This document shows, piece after piece, positions 7,290 through 16,389 of a DNA stretch of 24,000 nt (the first letter of the stretch is position 1; the number at the start of each line of letters is the position of its first letter). A model generated the notes under the pieces. It saw only the letters and a program-made list of their open reading frames with translations. It made no database searches and was not told the origin of the DNA. This DNA comes from an uncultured Atopobium sp. (lineage in GTDB: Bacteria > Actinomycetota > Coriobacteriia > Coriobacteriales > Atopobiaceae): the NCBI GenBank assembly GCA_963525825.1, contig CAURLG010000005.1:1-24000 (forward strand), in the 5' to 3' direction. Made by a program: the position numbers and the translations under genes.

Positions 7290-8372
7290 CTAAATACCAG
7301 CGCGCTTGATAACCTCATCAACGTTGAGTTGTTCGTTGATAGTATTCTCACCTTCAACGGCCATGGTGGAAGCAGCCAAACCTACCAGGCCGGTCTGCTC
7401 AAGTGTCATGCCTTGAGTATATGCCCAGGTAACTCCTGCCATTATGGCATCTCCTGCACCCGTCATGTTGACTAGCTTTGCAGGGAGTAGCGGCAAGAGG
7501 ATGGTCTTCTCGTGATCAGCGCAAAAAAGGCCTTTCTCACCAAGAGAGATAAATACACGCTTGAGACCTGTTGCAAGTAGCTCATGAGCTGCGGCTTCAA
7601 GGGAGGCGTTGTCAGTAATCTTAATGCCTGAAAGTGCTTCAGCCTCAAGGTGATTGGGTTTGAGCGTGTGAATTTTTCCCAGAACCTTCTTGAGCTTTTG
7701 CGCTTTGATAGAAGAAACGGGGTCGCAGAAGATAGGGCAAGTCACATTTTTGGCGATAAACTCAATCGTTTGCTGAGGTAAATTGGTGTCAATTACACAG
7801 GCCGCAGCATGCTGGATAATATCTAGACGCTCTTCAATGCGCTCAGGGGTGACATACTCGTAAATCTGCATGTCATTAATAGCTTCCTGCATCTCACCTT
7901 GCTCATCCATGATGAAGAGGTAGGTGGAAGTGGAAGCGCCTGGCACGGTAATAGATGCGTCGATGTCAATGCCGCAGTCTAGGCAACCCTCTTTGAGCTC
8001 GCGAGCACGATAGTCCTCACCAAAGGCGGTAAGTAAACGAACGTCACCGTCGAGAAGGGCCAGGTTGTGTGCAATATTTCTACCCACACCACCAAAGGAC
8101 ATGGTGACTTTACCAGGGTTAGAATCTCCCGCCACAAGGGAAGCGTTAGGGCGACCAGCAATATCCATGTTGGCGGCACCAATAACAATGACGTAGGGAC
8201 GATCGCTCAAAATATAGCGACGGCCCAAAATAGCTCCTTTTGCGGTGAGGTTGGAGATATGAACCGAAACAGAAGAGCGTGAAATACCCGCGCGTTCTGC
8301 AATTTCCTTCTGAGTAATGGAAGGCTGCTCTTTAATCCAGTTGAAAATCATCTGTTCTCTATTGGTGAGCAT
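7290..8372 (-). CDS. psuK: Pseudouridine kinase (PfkB family) with N-terminal winged-helix HTH domain
   Basis: AGGAGG 5 nt upstream of the ATG. The N-terminus NREQMIFNWIKEQPSITQKEIAERAGISRSSVSVHISNLTAKG is a DNA-binding-type HTH. The rest is a PfkB kinase (VIVIGAANMDI, NMTGAGDAIMAG). It sits directly upstream of psuG. Confidence 0.88.
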   Translation of the reverse strand: MLTNREQMIFNWIKEQPSITQKEIAERAGISRSSVSVHISNLTAKGAILGRRYILSDRPYVIVIGAANMDIAGRPNASLVAGDSNPGKVTMSFGGVGRNIAHNLALLDGDVRLLTAFGEDYRARELKEGCLDCGIDIDASITVPGASTSTYLFIMDEQGEMQEAINDMQIYEYVTPERIEERLDIIQHAAACVIDTNLPQQTIEFIAKNVTCPIFCDPVSSIKAQKLKKVLGKIHTLKPNHLEAEALSGIKITDNASLEAAAHELLATGLKRVFISLGEKGLFCADHEKTILLPLLPAKLVNMTGAGDAIMAGVTWAYTQGMTLEQTGLVGLAASTMAVEGENTINEQLNVDEVIKRAGI

Positions 8373-8405
8373 CAGACCTCCTAGCAGTAAAAATAGAATC
8401 TGACT

Positions 8406-8465
8406 AAATAGGTGCTTATATAAAATCTTCTAAACAGGTGCTTATCTTGTTTAAGCTAGTGCTTA
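8406..8465. promoter_or_regulatory. Three copies of (A/G)GTGCTTA in the psuK upstream region (candidate operator set)
   Basis: AAATAGGTGCTTAT at 8406-8419 and AAACAGGTGCTTAT at 8432-8445 match 13 of 14 with a 26-bp period. AGTGCTTA occurs at 8458-8465. The sites are 35-95 bp upstream of ATG8372 in AT-rich DNA. Confidence 0.35.
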
Positions 8466-8601
8466 AATTTGCTTGGGACAACGATAAGACGGCAGCTAGA
8501 GTCTGTAAAGAATGAATTCATTAAATTTTTCCCTGGTGAGCTCAAAGATTTTCTCGTCATATTGGTTTTACCTGCTTGATTTTTCTAAGCATTTGCTGTG
8601 T

Positions 8602-8634
8602 ACCGTTTACAGAATTTTAGTATCTGCAAACGGT
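8602..8634. promoter_or_regulatory. 33-bp inverted repeat upstream of deoB (12-bp arms, 9-nt AT spacer)
   Basis: ACCGTTTACAGA-attttagta-TCTGCAAACGGT, with 11 of 12 arm positions complementary. It lies ~145 nt upstream of the deoB ATG. The right arm overlaps TGCAAACGGTTGTA, which is loosely LacI/cre-like. Confidence 0.4.
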
Positions 8635-8779
8635 TGTATCGTGAAAATCTCTCTAAATTGGGCATCGGTGTTATGTAACTGTAATAATATATTTAATGAA
8701 TAGTAATGACTCGTCCACATAAGTTAGTTCGCGTACGTATCGTGCGTAAATGCTTGTTTCGGACGTTTTAGGAGGTAGC

Positions 8780-9970
8780 ATGCCTAAACGTGTTTTTGTA
8801 GTTGTTCTTGATAGTTTTGGCATCGGCGAAGAGCCTGATGCAGCGGCATACGGAGACGAGGGTAGCAATACCCTTTGTGCATGCGCAACAAGTGGCGTTC
8901 TTAATATCCCAAATATGACAAAGTTGGGCCTTCTTAATATTGATGGCGCACTTGATACTGTGTATGACGTTGATCTGAAGCCAATTGAGTCTCCTGAGGG
9001 CGCATACGCTCGCATGCAGGAGAAATCCGCTGGTAAAGACACTACGGTTGGTCACTGGGAGATGGCAGGCGTCATTTCTCCAAAGAAGTTCCCAACCTAT
9101 CCTGATGGCTTCCCACAGGAGGTCATTGAGGAGTTTGAGCAGAAGACGGGCCGTAAGGTTCTCTGCAACAAACCTTACTCCGGAACTGATGTTATTAGAG
9201 ACTTTGGTAAAGAGCACGTAGAGACTGGTGCCCTGATTGTCTATACCTCAGCGGATTCTGTTTTCCAGATTGCTGCTCATGAGGACGTAGTAAGTCCCGA
9301 GAAACTCTATGAGTATTGCCGCATTGCGCGCGAGATTCTTCAGGGTGAGCACGGCGTTGCTCGCGTTATTGCTCGTCCTTTTGAGGGGGAGTGGCCATAC
9401 CAGCGCACTTCTCGCCGTCATGACTTCTCGCTTGAGCCAACGGGTCCAACTATGCTTGATCGTCTTAAAGAGAACGGCTTTGACGTTCTTTCTATTGGTA
9501 AGATTTATGACATCTTTGCTCACCGTGGCATGACTGAGTTTGAGTTCACTACCTGCAACGCAGATGGAATTCAGAAGACTATTGAGGCTACCAGCAAAGA
9601 TTTCAACGGTCTGTGCTTCACCAACCTTGTTGATACCGACATGATTTACGGTCACCGCAACGATCCTGTGGGATACTCCAACGCTCTTTCTTATTTTGAC
9701 GAGCGCATTCCTCAGATTATTGAGGGCCTTCGTGAGGATGACCTGTTCATTATTACCGCAGATCATGGCTGTGACCCGGTAACACCATCTACTGATCACT
9801 CTCGTGAGTACGTGCCACTGCTTATCACGGGTCCAAAGGTCAAGCCAAACACCAACCTTGGAACAACCGCTACATTTGCTGATATGGCCGAGACAATCCT
9901 TGATTATTTTGGCGTTGAGCAACTTGGTGTTGGAACTTCTCACCTGTCAGAGATTCTTAAGGAGAACTAA
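8780..9970 (+). CDS. deoB: Phosphopentomutase
   Basis: I prefer ATG8780, which has GGAGG 4 nt upstream, over the ORF-track start at 8750. Motifs [47 protein letters not shown] and [11 protein letters not shown] are present. Confidence 0.95.
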   Translation: MPKRVFVVVLDSFGIGEEPDAAAYGDEGSNTLCACATSGVLNIPNMTKLGLLNIDGALDTVYDVDLKPIESPEGAYARMQEKSAGKDTTVGHWEMAGVISPKKFPTYPDGFPQEVIEEFEQKTGRKVLCNKPYSGTDVIRDFGKEHVETGALIVYTSADSVFQIAAHEDVVSPEKLYEYCRIAREILQGEHGVARVIARPFEGEWPYQRTSRRHDFSLEPTGPTMLDRLKENGFDVLSIGKIYDIFAHRGMTEFEFTTCNADGIQKTIEATSKDFNGLCFTNLVDTDMIYGHRNDPVGYSNALSYFDERIPQIIEGLREDDLFIITADHGCDPVTPSTDHSREYVPLLITGPKVKPNTNLGTTATFADMAETILDYFGVEQLGVGTSHLSEILKEN

Positions 9971-10680
9971 TGGCTACTACCCCAACTCCCCATAACGCTG
10001 CTGTTGAGGGCCAGATTGCTAAGACTGTCCTCATGCCAGGAGACCCTCTGCGCGCTAAGCTTCTTGCAGACACGTATCTGGAGAACGTTGAGCAGTTCAA
10101 CACCGTTCGCAACATGTTTGGTTATACCGGCACCTACAAGGGACAGCCAGTCTCCGTTATGGGTTCTGGTATGGGTATGCCTTCCATTGGTATTTATTCT
10201 TACGAGCTCTTTAATTTCTACGGAGTTGACAATATTCTCCGCATTGGTAGCGCTGGCGGCCTTGCTCCTGAGGTAAAGCTTAGAGACATTGTTATTGGCA
10301 TGTCTTCCAGCACTGATTCTAATTATCCATCACAGTACGGAATGCCTGGAACCATTGCACCTACCGCAGACTTTGGCCTGTTGAGCAAGGCTGTTGCTGG
10401 TGCAGAAAAGCTGGGTTATCCCGTTCGCGTTGGTAATATCCTGGCAAGCGACGTGTTCTATACCGTAAACAACTCGCTTCCAAAATGGGCAAGTATGGAT
10501 GTTCTTGCCGTTGAGATGGAGTCGGCAGCCCTGTATCTCAACGCCATGTACGCTCATAAGCATGCGCTTACGCTGCTAACTATCTCTGATTTGCCTCTTA
10601 CAGGAGAAGCACTTACTGCTGAAGAGCGTCAGACTAGTTTCACGCAGATGATGGAGGTTGCTCTTTCTGTTGTTGCTTAA
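9970..10680 (+). CDS. deoD: Purine nucleoside phosphorylase, DeoD type
   Basis: TAATG overlap with the deoB stop. Motifs [34 protein letters not shown] and [10 protein letters not shown] are present. Confidence 0.95.
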   Translation: MATTPTPHNAAVEGQIAKTVLMPGDPLRAKLLADTYLENVEQFNTVRNMFGYTGTYKGQPVSVMGSGMGMPSIGIYSYELFNFYGVDNILRIGSAGGLAPEVKLRDIVIGMSSSTDSNYPSQYGMPGTIAPTADFGLLSKAVAGAEKLGYPVRVGNILASDVFYTVNNSLPKWASMDVLAVEMESAALYLNAMYAHKHALTLLTISDLPLTGEALTAEERQTSFTQMMEVALSVVA

Positions 10681-10843
10681 GGCACTTGTTGCGTAAAGCA
10701 TCGCAGATAGGCAGTTTGCCATTGCTGTTTGTTTTGGAACCATGCGGATTTTCCGCTTAAGTTAGGGGAGTTTGGTCAACTTCTCATAAAGATCCAGCAC
10801 TAAAGCTGGACGTTCCCGCCACATGAGGTAAGGAGAGCACGGA

Positions 10844-11920
10844 ATGAACAAGAACGTTTCTCGTCGTAGTTTTGTGACCGGCGCAACCGGCGCTGGCGCA
10901 TTTGCAGCACTCGCAGGTCTTGCAGGCTGCAACAACCCCAAGAAGGACGACGGCGGCCAGAAGGCATCAGGTGAGAAGAAAAAGAAGCTCACCATGGTTA
11001 CCGACACTGGTGGTGTTAACGACCAGTCCTTTAACCAGTCCGCTTGGGAGGGCATGACCGAGCTCAAGGACAAGAACGGCTGGGATGTCAGCTACCTTGA
11101 GTCCAAGCAGGATTCCGATTATGCAACCAACCTTGATAAGGCTGTTGACGCAGAGTCCGACCTTGTTTGGGGCGTTGGCTTTGCTATGGCAGACGCAACT
11201 CTTAAGGCTGCTAAGGACAATCCAAACACCCAGTTTGCTATCATCGACAACGGCAACGATTCTCAGGTTTCTAACTTCACGGGCGTTATGTTCCGCGCTC
11301 AGGAGCCTTCCTTTGTTGTTGGCTACATTGCTGCTCGCACTACAAAGACCGGCAAGGTTGGCTTTGTTGGCGGCATTTCTTCCGCACTTATCGACCAGTT
11401 TGAGTATGGTTACCGCGGTGGCGTTGCTTATGCAAACAAGGAAAAGGGCACCAACGTTGAGGTTTCTGCACAGTACGCAGAGTCCTTCTCCGATGCTGCA
11501 AAGGGTAAGGCTATTGCTAACTCCATGTACTCCGATGGTTGCGACGTTGTCTTCCACGCTGCAGGCGGCGTAGGAACCGGCGTTATTGAGGCAGCTAAGG
11601 ACGCAAATAAGCTTGCTATCGGCGTTGACCGTGACCAGGCATATCTTGCTCCAGAGAACGTTCTGACCTCCGCTCTTAAGCGCGTCAACGTTGCTATCGT
11701 TGAGATTTCCGAGAAGATCCTGAAGGACGGCCAGAAGGGCGGCACTACTGTTTCCCTGGGCGCTTCCGAGGACGCTGTCGGAATTGCTGAGGATCACCAC
11801 CTCATGGGCGAGGACACCTACAAGGCAGCTACTGATCTTCTTGACAAGATTAAGGCTGGCTCCGTTGTTCCTCCTGCAAGCAAGGACGACCTGGACAAGT
11901 ACGTTAAGTCTTTGAGCTAA
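10844..11920 (+). CDS. BMP-family (PnrA/NupN-like) nucleoside-binding lipoprotein of an ABC transporter
   Basis: AAGGAG upstream. The N-terminus has a twin-arginine-like SRRSFV followed by the lipobox LAGC (Cys29). The body matches the BMP/Med/PnrA pattern: VTDTGGVNDQSFNQSAWEG, FVGGI, VVFHAAGG, IGVDRDQ. Confidence 0.9.
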   Translation: MNKNVSRRSFVTGATGAGAFAALAGLAGCNNPKKDDGGQKASGEKKKKLTMVTDTGGVNDQSFNQSAWEGMTELKDKNGWDVSYLESKQDSDYATNLDKAVDAESDLVWGVGFAMADATLKAAKDNPNTQFAIIDNGNDSQVSNFTGVMFRAQEPSFVVGYIAARTTKTGKVGFVGGISSALIDQFEYGYRGGVAYANKEKGTNVEVSAQYAESFSDAAKGKAIANSMYSDGCDVVFHAAGGVGTGVIEAAKDANKLAIGVDRDQAYLAPENVLTSALKRVNVAIVEISEKILKDGQKGGTTVSLGASEDAVGIAEDHHLMGEDTYKAATDLLDKIKAGSVVPPASKDDLDKYVKSLS

Positions 11921-12010
11921 GCTCTGACTTAGTTTTTTGAGCCCTGGGGTTTCTCGCCAGATGGTTTTGCCGTCTGACAGGCCCAAAAGGTTGATGAGTT
12001 TGGATTTGCT

Positions 12011-12040
12011 GGTGAGGGGTGCTCTTTGGCGCTCCTCACC
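12011..12040 (+). other. Intercistronic stem-loop between the SBP and ATPase genes
   Basis: GGTGAGGGGTGC-tctttg-GCGCTCCTCACC forms a 12-bp stem including two G-U pairs. No U-tract follows. It lies 29 nt before GTG12069. Confidence 0.5.
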
Positions 12041-12068
12041 TCTAGCAAGTGTGTAAAGGAGGTGGCTC

Positions 12069-13598
12069 GTGGAAGTCAGTTCGGATTACGCTGTTCAGAT
12101 GCATGGCATTACCAAAGTTTTTGGATCGTTTAAAGCTCTTGACGCCGTAGACCTTAACGTGCGCAAGCAAACTGTCCACGCCATTTTAGGAGAGAACGGC
12201 GCAGGTAAAAGTACGCTCATGAACGTACTGTATGGCCTGTATTCTGCTGATGAGGGCGAGGTTTACCTCAACGGAGAGCGTGTATCCATTTCTGGCCCAA
12301 ACGATGCTATCGCTCACGGTATTGGTATGGTTCACCAGCACTTTATGTTGGTCGAGAACTTTACTGTTACAGAAAATATTGTTTTGGGCAACGAGGTCAC
12401 CACGGCCGGTGGCGTCCTTGATCCAAAGCGAGCTCGCGAGAAGGTCCTGGAGATTGTTGAGGAATACGGCTTTGACGTAGACCCTGACGCCAAGATTGAA
12501 GACATTTCTGTTGGTATGCAGCAGCGTGTTGAGATTTTGAAGGCCCTGTATCGCGGTGCTGATACGCTGATTCTTGATGAGCCTACGGCAGTACTTACGC
12601 CACAGGAGATTGAGAAGCTTATTCAGATCATGCATGACCTGGTAAGCAAAGGTAAAACCATTATTGTTATTACTCACAAGCTTAAAGAGATTATGTCTTC
12701 TGCTGACGAGTGCACTATTATTCGTCGCGGTAAGTACATGAGCACCGTTGATGTCTCCAAGACATCCGAGACTGAGCTTGCAACACTTATGGTAGGTAGA
12801 AACGTTAACCTGCATGTAGAAAAGAAGCCAGCAACTCCTGGTGAGGTTGTTCTTTCTATTAAGGACCTCCACGTCAAGGACGAGCGTGGCATTGAGCAGG
12901 TAAACGGTTTTAATTTGGATATTCGTGCCGGCGAGATTGTTGGTCTTGCAGGTATTGACGGCAACGGCCAGAAAGAACTTGCCGATGCCATAGACGCACT
13001 GGTCAAACCTGAGTCGGGCACCATTACCGTTAAAGGTGAAGAGATTCAGGGCACAACCCCTAAAACGGTCATTGACCATGCAGTTGCAACTATTCCTTCA
13101 GACCGCCATCGTTGGGGTCTGGTTCTGCCCTTTACCGTTGCCGAGAACATGGTGCTTGAGCGCCACAACGAGGAGACCTTTGGTAAGGGCATTGCGCTTG
13201 ACCTGGCAAAGATCAAAGAATTCTCTCAGAAGCTTATTGACGAGTTTGATATTCGTCCGGCAGAGTGCGCAGAGCATCAGGCAGTGGGACTTTCCGGCGG
13301 TAACCAGCAGAAAGTTATTATCGCCCGTGAGGTTTCTTCCAACCCAGACGTCCTCATTGCCATCCAGCCAACCCGCGGCCTTGACGTTGGTGCTATTGAG
13401 TTTGTTCACAAGGCACTTATTCGCGAGAGGGACCGTGGAGCAGCAATTTTGCTGATTTCCTTTGAGCTGGACGAGATTATGGACGTTGCCGATAAGATGG
13501 CAATTATTTACGCCGGCAAGAATGTTGGCGAGTTTGACCAAGGTACTATCACTGAAGAGCAGGCTGGCCTGCTGATGGCAGGAGGTGACGCCGAGTGA
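12069..13598 (+). CDS. ABC transporter ATP-binding protein with duplicated ABC domains (NupO/RbsA-like)
   Basis: GTG start after AGGAGG. Domain 1 has GENGAGKST (Walker A), SVGMQQRVEI and LILDEPT. Domain 2 has GIDGNGQ, LSGGNQQKVI and QPTRGLDVG. Confidence 0.93.
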   Translation: MEVSSDYAVQMHGITKVFGSFKALDAVDLNVRKQTVHAILGENGAGKSTLMNVLYGLYSADEGEVYLNGERVSISGPNDAIAHGIGMVHQHFMLVENFTVTENIVLGNEVTTAGGVLDPKRAREKVLEIVEEYGFDVDPDAKIEDISVGMQQRVEILKALYRGADTLILDEPTAVLTPQEIEKLIQIMHDLVSKGKTIIVITHKLKEIMSSADECTIIRRGKYMSTVDVSKTSETELATLMVGRNVNLHVEKKPATPGEVVLSIKDLHVKDERGIEQVNGFNLDIRAGEIVGLAGIDGNGQKELADAIDALVKPESGTITVKGEEIQGTTPKTVIDHAVATIPSDRHRWGLVLPFTVAENMVLERHNEETFGKGIALDLAKIKEFSQKLIDEFDIRPAECAEHQAVGLSGGNQQKVIIAREVSSNPDVLIAIQPTRGLDVGAIEFVHKALIRERDRGAAILLISFELDEIMDVADKMAIIYAGKNVGEFDQGTITEEQAGLLMAGGDAE

Positions 13599-14797
13599 GT
13601 ACGCTTACAAAGATAATGAGAAAACCAATTACGTCAGCAATTGTTGCTATTTTTGTTGGCCTGTTGGTTGCTTCTATTATTTTGGTTGTTGCAGGATATG
13701 ACCCTATCAGCTCGTTTGAGGCTCTTATTGGCGGCATGGTAGGTAAGCCAAAATACATTTCTAACGTCATTATTAAGGCAACACCTTTGCTCTTTACGGG
13801 TATTGCTGTTGCTTTTGCATTCCGCGTTGGCCTCTTTAACATTGGCGCTGAGGGTCAGTACATTGTAGGTACTATCCTGGCCGTTATTGTTGGCTACAGC
13901 CTTGACCTTCCTCCTGTACTGCAGATTCCTGTAGTTGTTTTGGTAGGCACCGCAGGCGGAGCAGGTATTGGCGCCATCATTGGATGGCTTAAAGCCCAGT
14001 TTGGCATCAACGAGGTTATTACCAGCATTATGTTTAACTGGATCAGCCTCTACCTCTGCAACTTTGTGGTTTCTCTTCCACAGTTCCACCAGCCAAATTC
14101 AACTTCTTCATACTCCATTAACGAGTCTGGCTATACCACACTGTTCTATGGCATGAAGAATTCCGAGGACGGTGCTGAGGCAATTCGCAATATTCCTGTT
14201 ATTGGCGACGCTATTATGCGTACCGATGTAAACATTGGTATTTTTGTTGCTATTATCGCAGCTATCTTTATTGGCTGGCTGCTTATGCGCACCAAGGTTG
14301 GTTATGAGATGCGCGCTGTTGGTTTTAACCGCGATGCTGCACAGTTTACTGGCATCAACGTTAAGAAGAACCTCACACTTTGCATGGCTATTTCTGGTGC
14401 ACTCTGCGGACTTGCAGGTGCTCTGACCATTACCGGTATTGCTCCTCACAGTATCGCAACGCTGGCAGCATTTGAGAACAACGGCTTTAACGGTCTGTCC
14501 GTTGCGTTTATCGCCAACTGCAATCCTGTGGCATGTATTCCTGCATCCTTCCTGTTTGCTGGTCTTCTTTATGGTGGCCAGACTGTTCAGCAGACGGTTG
14601 GTGCACCTTCCGAGATTATCAACATTGTTATTGGTACCATCGTGTTCTTTATGGCTCTGGGTGGCGTTATTCCAATGCTTGCCGACCGTCTTGATCACAA
14701 GCGTGCCCAGAAGGCTAAGGAAGAAGAGGCAAAGCTTGCTGCTCAAGTGAGTGATGCGTCCGACCCTTCTCAGGAGGAGGCAAACAATGCTCACTAA
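13595..14797 (+). CDS. ABC transporter permease (nucleoside/sugar type, NupP-like)
   Basis: GTGA overlap with the ATPase stop. The protein is polytopic and hydrophobic (FNIGAEGQY, MRAVGFN), as in BMP-associated permeases. Confidence 0.9.
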   Translation: MSTLTKIMRKPITSAIVAIFVGLLVASIILVVAGYDPISSFEALIGGMVGKPKYISNVIIKATPLLFTGIAVAFAFRVGLFNIGAEGQYIVGTILAVIVGYSLDLPPVLQIPVVVLVGTAGGAGIGAIIGWLKAQFGINEVITSIMFNWISLYLCNFVVSLPQFHQPNSTSSYSINESGYTTLFYGMKNSEDGAEAIRNIPVIGDAIMRTDVNIGIFVAIIAAIFIGWLLMRTKVGYEMRAVGFNRDAAQFTGINVKKNLTLCMAISGALCGLAGALTITGIAPHSIATLAAFENNGFNGLSVAFIANCNPVACIPASFLFAGLLYGGQTVQQTVGAPSEIINIVIGTIVFFMALGGVIPMLADRLDHKRAQKAKEEEAKLAAQVSDASDPSQEEANNAH

Positions 14798-15710
14798 CCT
14801 GATTCTTCTTGTTTCCGTTACCCTCATGTATTCGACACCTCTTATTTTTGGTGCTCTGGGCGGCGTTGTCTCCGAGCGCTCCGGTGTTGTCAACATTGGT
14901 ATTGAGGGCATGATGGGCGTTGGTGCCTTTGCAGGCGTTGCGGGCAGCTACCTCACCGGAAACCCTTGGATTGGCTTCCTTTGTGCAGGTATTGCAGGCG
15001 GTCTTATTGCACTTCTGCACGCGATGGCATCTATTACGTTTAACGCTGACCAGACAGTTTCTGGTGTTGCAATTAACCTGCTGGCACCTGGCATTGCTCT
15101 GTTTGCCTGCCGTCTTTTGTTTGATGGCGCTGCAATGTCTCCAGCAGTTAATAAGCTGCCAAAGCTCTTTGGCGAGGGTGCCTTTAACGACACACCTTAT
15201 TCCAGCTTGAACGTAGACATTACCGTGGTACTTGCACTTTTAACCGCCCTTCTCGTCTGGTTTGTGCTTTACCGTACCAAGTGGGGCCTGCGTATTCGCT
15301 CCGTTGGCGAGCATCCACACGCATCCGAGACACTGGGCATTAGCGTTCGTAAGACTCGCTACCTCTGCGTTATTGTTTCTGGTGTTCTTGCAGGATTTGG
15401 TGGCGCTTCTGTAACGCTGGCAATTATTTCTCAGTTCACTCAGACCGCTATTTCTGGTCAGGGCTTTATTGCACTGGCTGCGGTTATCTTTGGTAAGTGG
15501 AAGCCTCTGAACACCTATGCAGCTTGCCTGCTCTTTGGCTTTACTCAGGCACTTGCAATTCTTCTTGGTGGCGGCGCAACTCCAATTCCAAGCCAGATCA
15601 TTGCAATGCTTCCTTACTTCATCACCATCATTACGCTGGTCCTCTTTGTTGGTAAGTCCGTTGCGCCTAAGGCAGACGGTGTGCCATACATCAAGGGAAG
15701 TCGTGCATAA
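14787..15710 (+). CDS. ABC transporter permease (NupQ-like)
   Basis: I prefer ATG14787, which has GGAGGAGG 6 nt upstream, over the ORF-track start at 14751. It overlaps the preceding gene by 11 nt. Motifs GVVNIGIEGMM and IRSVGEHP are present. Confidence 0.9.
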   Translation: MLTNLILLVSVTLMYSTPLIFGALGGVVSERSGVVNIGIEGMMGVGAFAGVAGSYLTGNPWIGFLCAGIAGGLIALLHAMASITFNADQTVSGVAINLLAPGIALFACRLLFDGAAMSPAVNKLPKLFGEGAFNDTPYSSLNVDITVVLALLTALLVWFVLYRTKWGLRIRSVGEHPHASETLGISVRKTRYLCVIVSGVLAGFGGASVTLAIISQFTQTAISGQGFIALAAVIFGKWKPLNTYAACLLFGFTQALAILLGGGATPIPSQIIAMLPYFITIITLVLFVGKSVAPKADGVPYIKGSRA

Positions 15711-16273
15711 TGGCCGGGGTAGAGGGTTCTTGTCACGTTTCTAACGAGGCTCTTGTTCAGCTTGCTATTGAGGCGCGCAACCATGCCTATGTACCATACT
15801 CTCACTATGCTGTTGGAGCTGCACTGTTGTGCTCTGACGGCACGGTGTACGGAGGTGCCAACCTAGAAAACGCTGCGTACACGCCTTCTAACTGCGCCGA
15901 GCGTACGGCGTTTTTCCGCGCAGTGTTTGAGGGTCGCAGGGATTTTGTGGCCATTGCGGTTGTTGGTGGTCCTGAGGGAGAGGCTCCAACAGCTTGGTGC
16001 ACTCCTTGTGGTGTATGCAGGCAGGTTATTCGCGAGTGGTGCGATCCTGCTACATTCCGTATTGTGTTAGGCAAGGCAGATGCAGCTCCTCGCGAGTATC
16101 TGCTCCAGGACATCTTGCCTATGGGATTTGGTCCCGAGGATCTGGGCGAGTCCAGTCCTGCTGGCGCATCGGGTGACGACGCCGTGAAGGGCGCCGCGGG
16201 CGAGCACGGCGCGGGCGGCCACGAGCACAGCTGTGGCTGCGGGTGCGGCGAGCACGGCGGAGGCAACCAGTAG
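15710..16273 (+). CDS. cdd: Cytidine deaminase (small tetrameric type) with ~40-aa Gly/His/Cys-rich C-terminal extension
   Basis: TAATG overlap with the permease stop. Zinc motifs CAERTAFF and PCGVCRQV are present. The canonical end ILPMGFGPEDL is followed by GESSPAGASGDDAVKGAAGEHGAGGHEHSCGCGCGEHGGGNQ. Confidence 0.9.
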   Translation: MAGVEGSCHVSNEALVQLAIEARNHAYVPYSHYAVGAALLCSDGTVYGGANLENAAYTPSNCAERTAFFRAVFEGRRDFVAIAVVGGPEGEAPTAWCTPCGVCRQVIREWCDPATFRIVLGKADAAPREYLLQDILPMGFGPEDLGESSPAGASGDDAVKGAAGEHGAGGHEHSCGCGCGEHGGGNQ

Positions 16274-16336
16274 GCAGCGGCATCAAGCATCCTGCGCTTT
16301 CGGGTGCAGAAAACCTGGTAGGTTGCATGAAATTGC

Positions 16337-16369
16337 GAGCCGGTAGAGTTTCTCGCTACCGGCTCTTTT
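16337..16369 (+). terminator. Rho-independent terminator/attenuator after cdd
   Basis: GAGCCGGTAG-agtttctcg-CTACCGGCTC forms a perfect 10-bp stem followed by TTTT. It lies 64 nt after the cdd stop. Confidence 0.7.
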
Positions 16370-16389
16370 ACTAGAGAGTTAGCGCGCCG

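Noticed and set aside
8512-8703. 63-aa ORF in the AT-rich psuK/deoB divergent region
   Set aside because: There is no SD, the translation is a low-complexity Phe/Leu/Ser/Asn-rich product of AT-rich DNA, and the ORF overlaps the candidate regulatory dyad.
8750-8779. Upstream ORF-track starts for deoB (8750) and for the second permease (14751)
   Set aside because: The internal ATGs at 8780 and 14787 have well-spaced GGAGG-type SD sequences and give N-termini typical of the families.
8373-8779. Purine, 2'-dG or other riboswitch in the long deoB leader and the ABC transporter leader (10681-10843)
   Set aside because: I could not find the conserved purine-riboswitch core or any other riboswitch core I know. 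Only generic hairpins and dyads are present. A covariance-model scan would be the decisive test.
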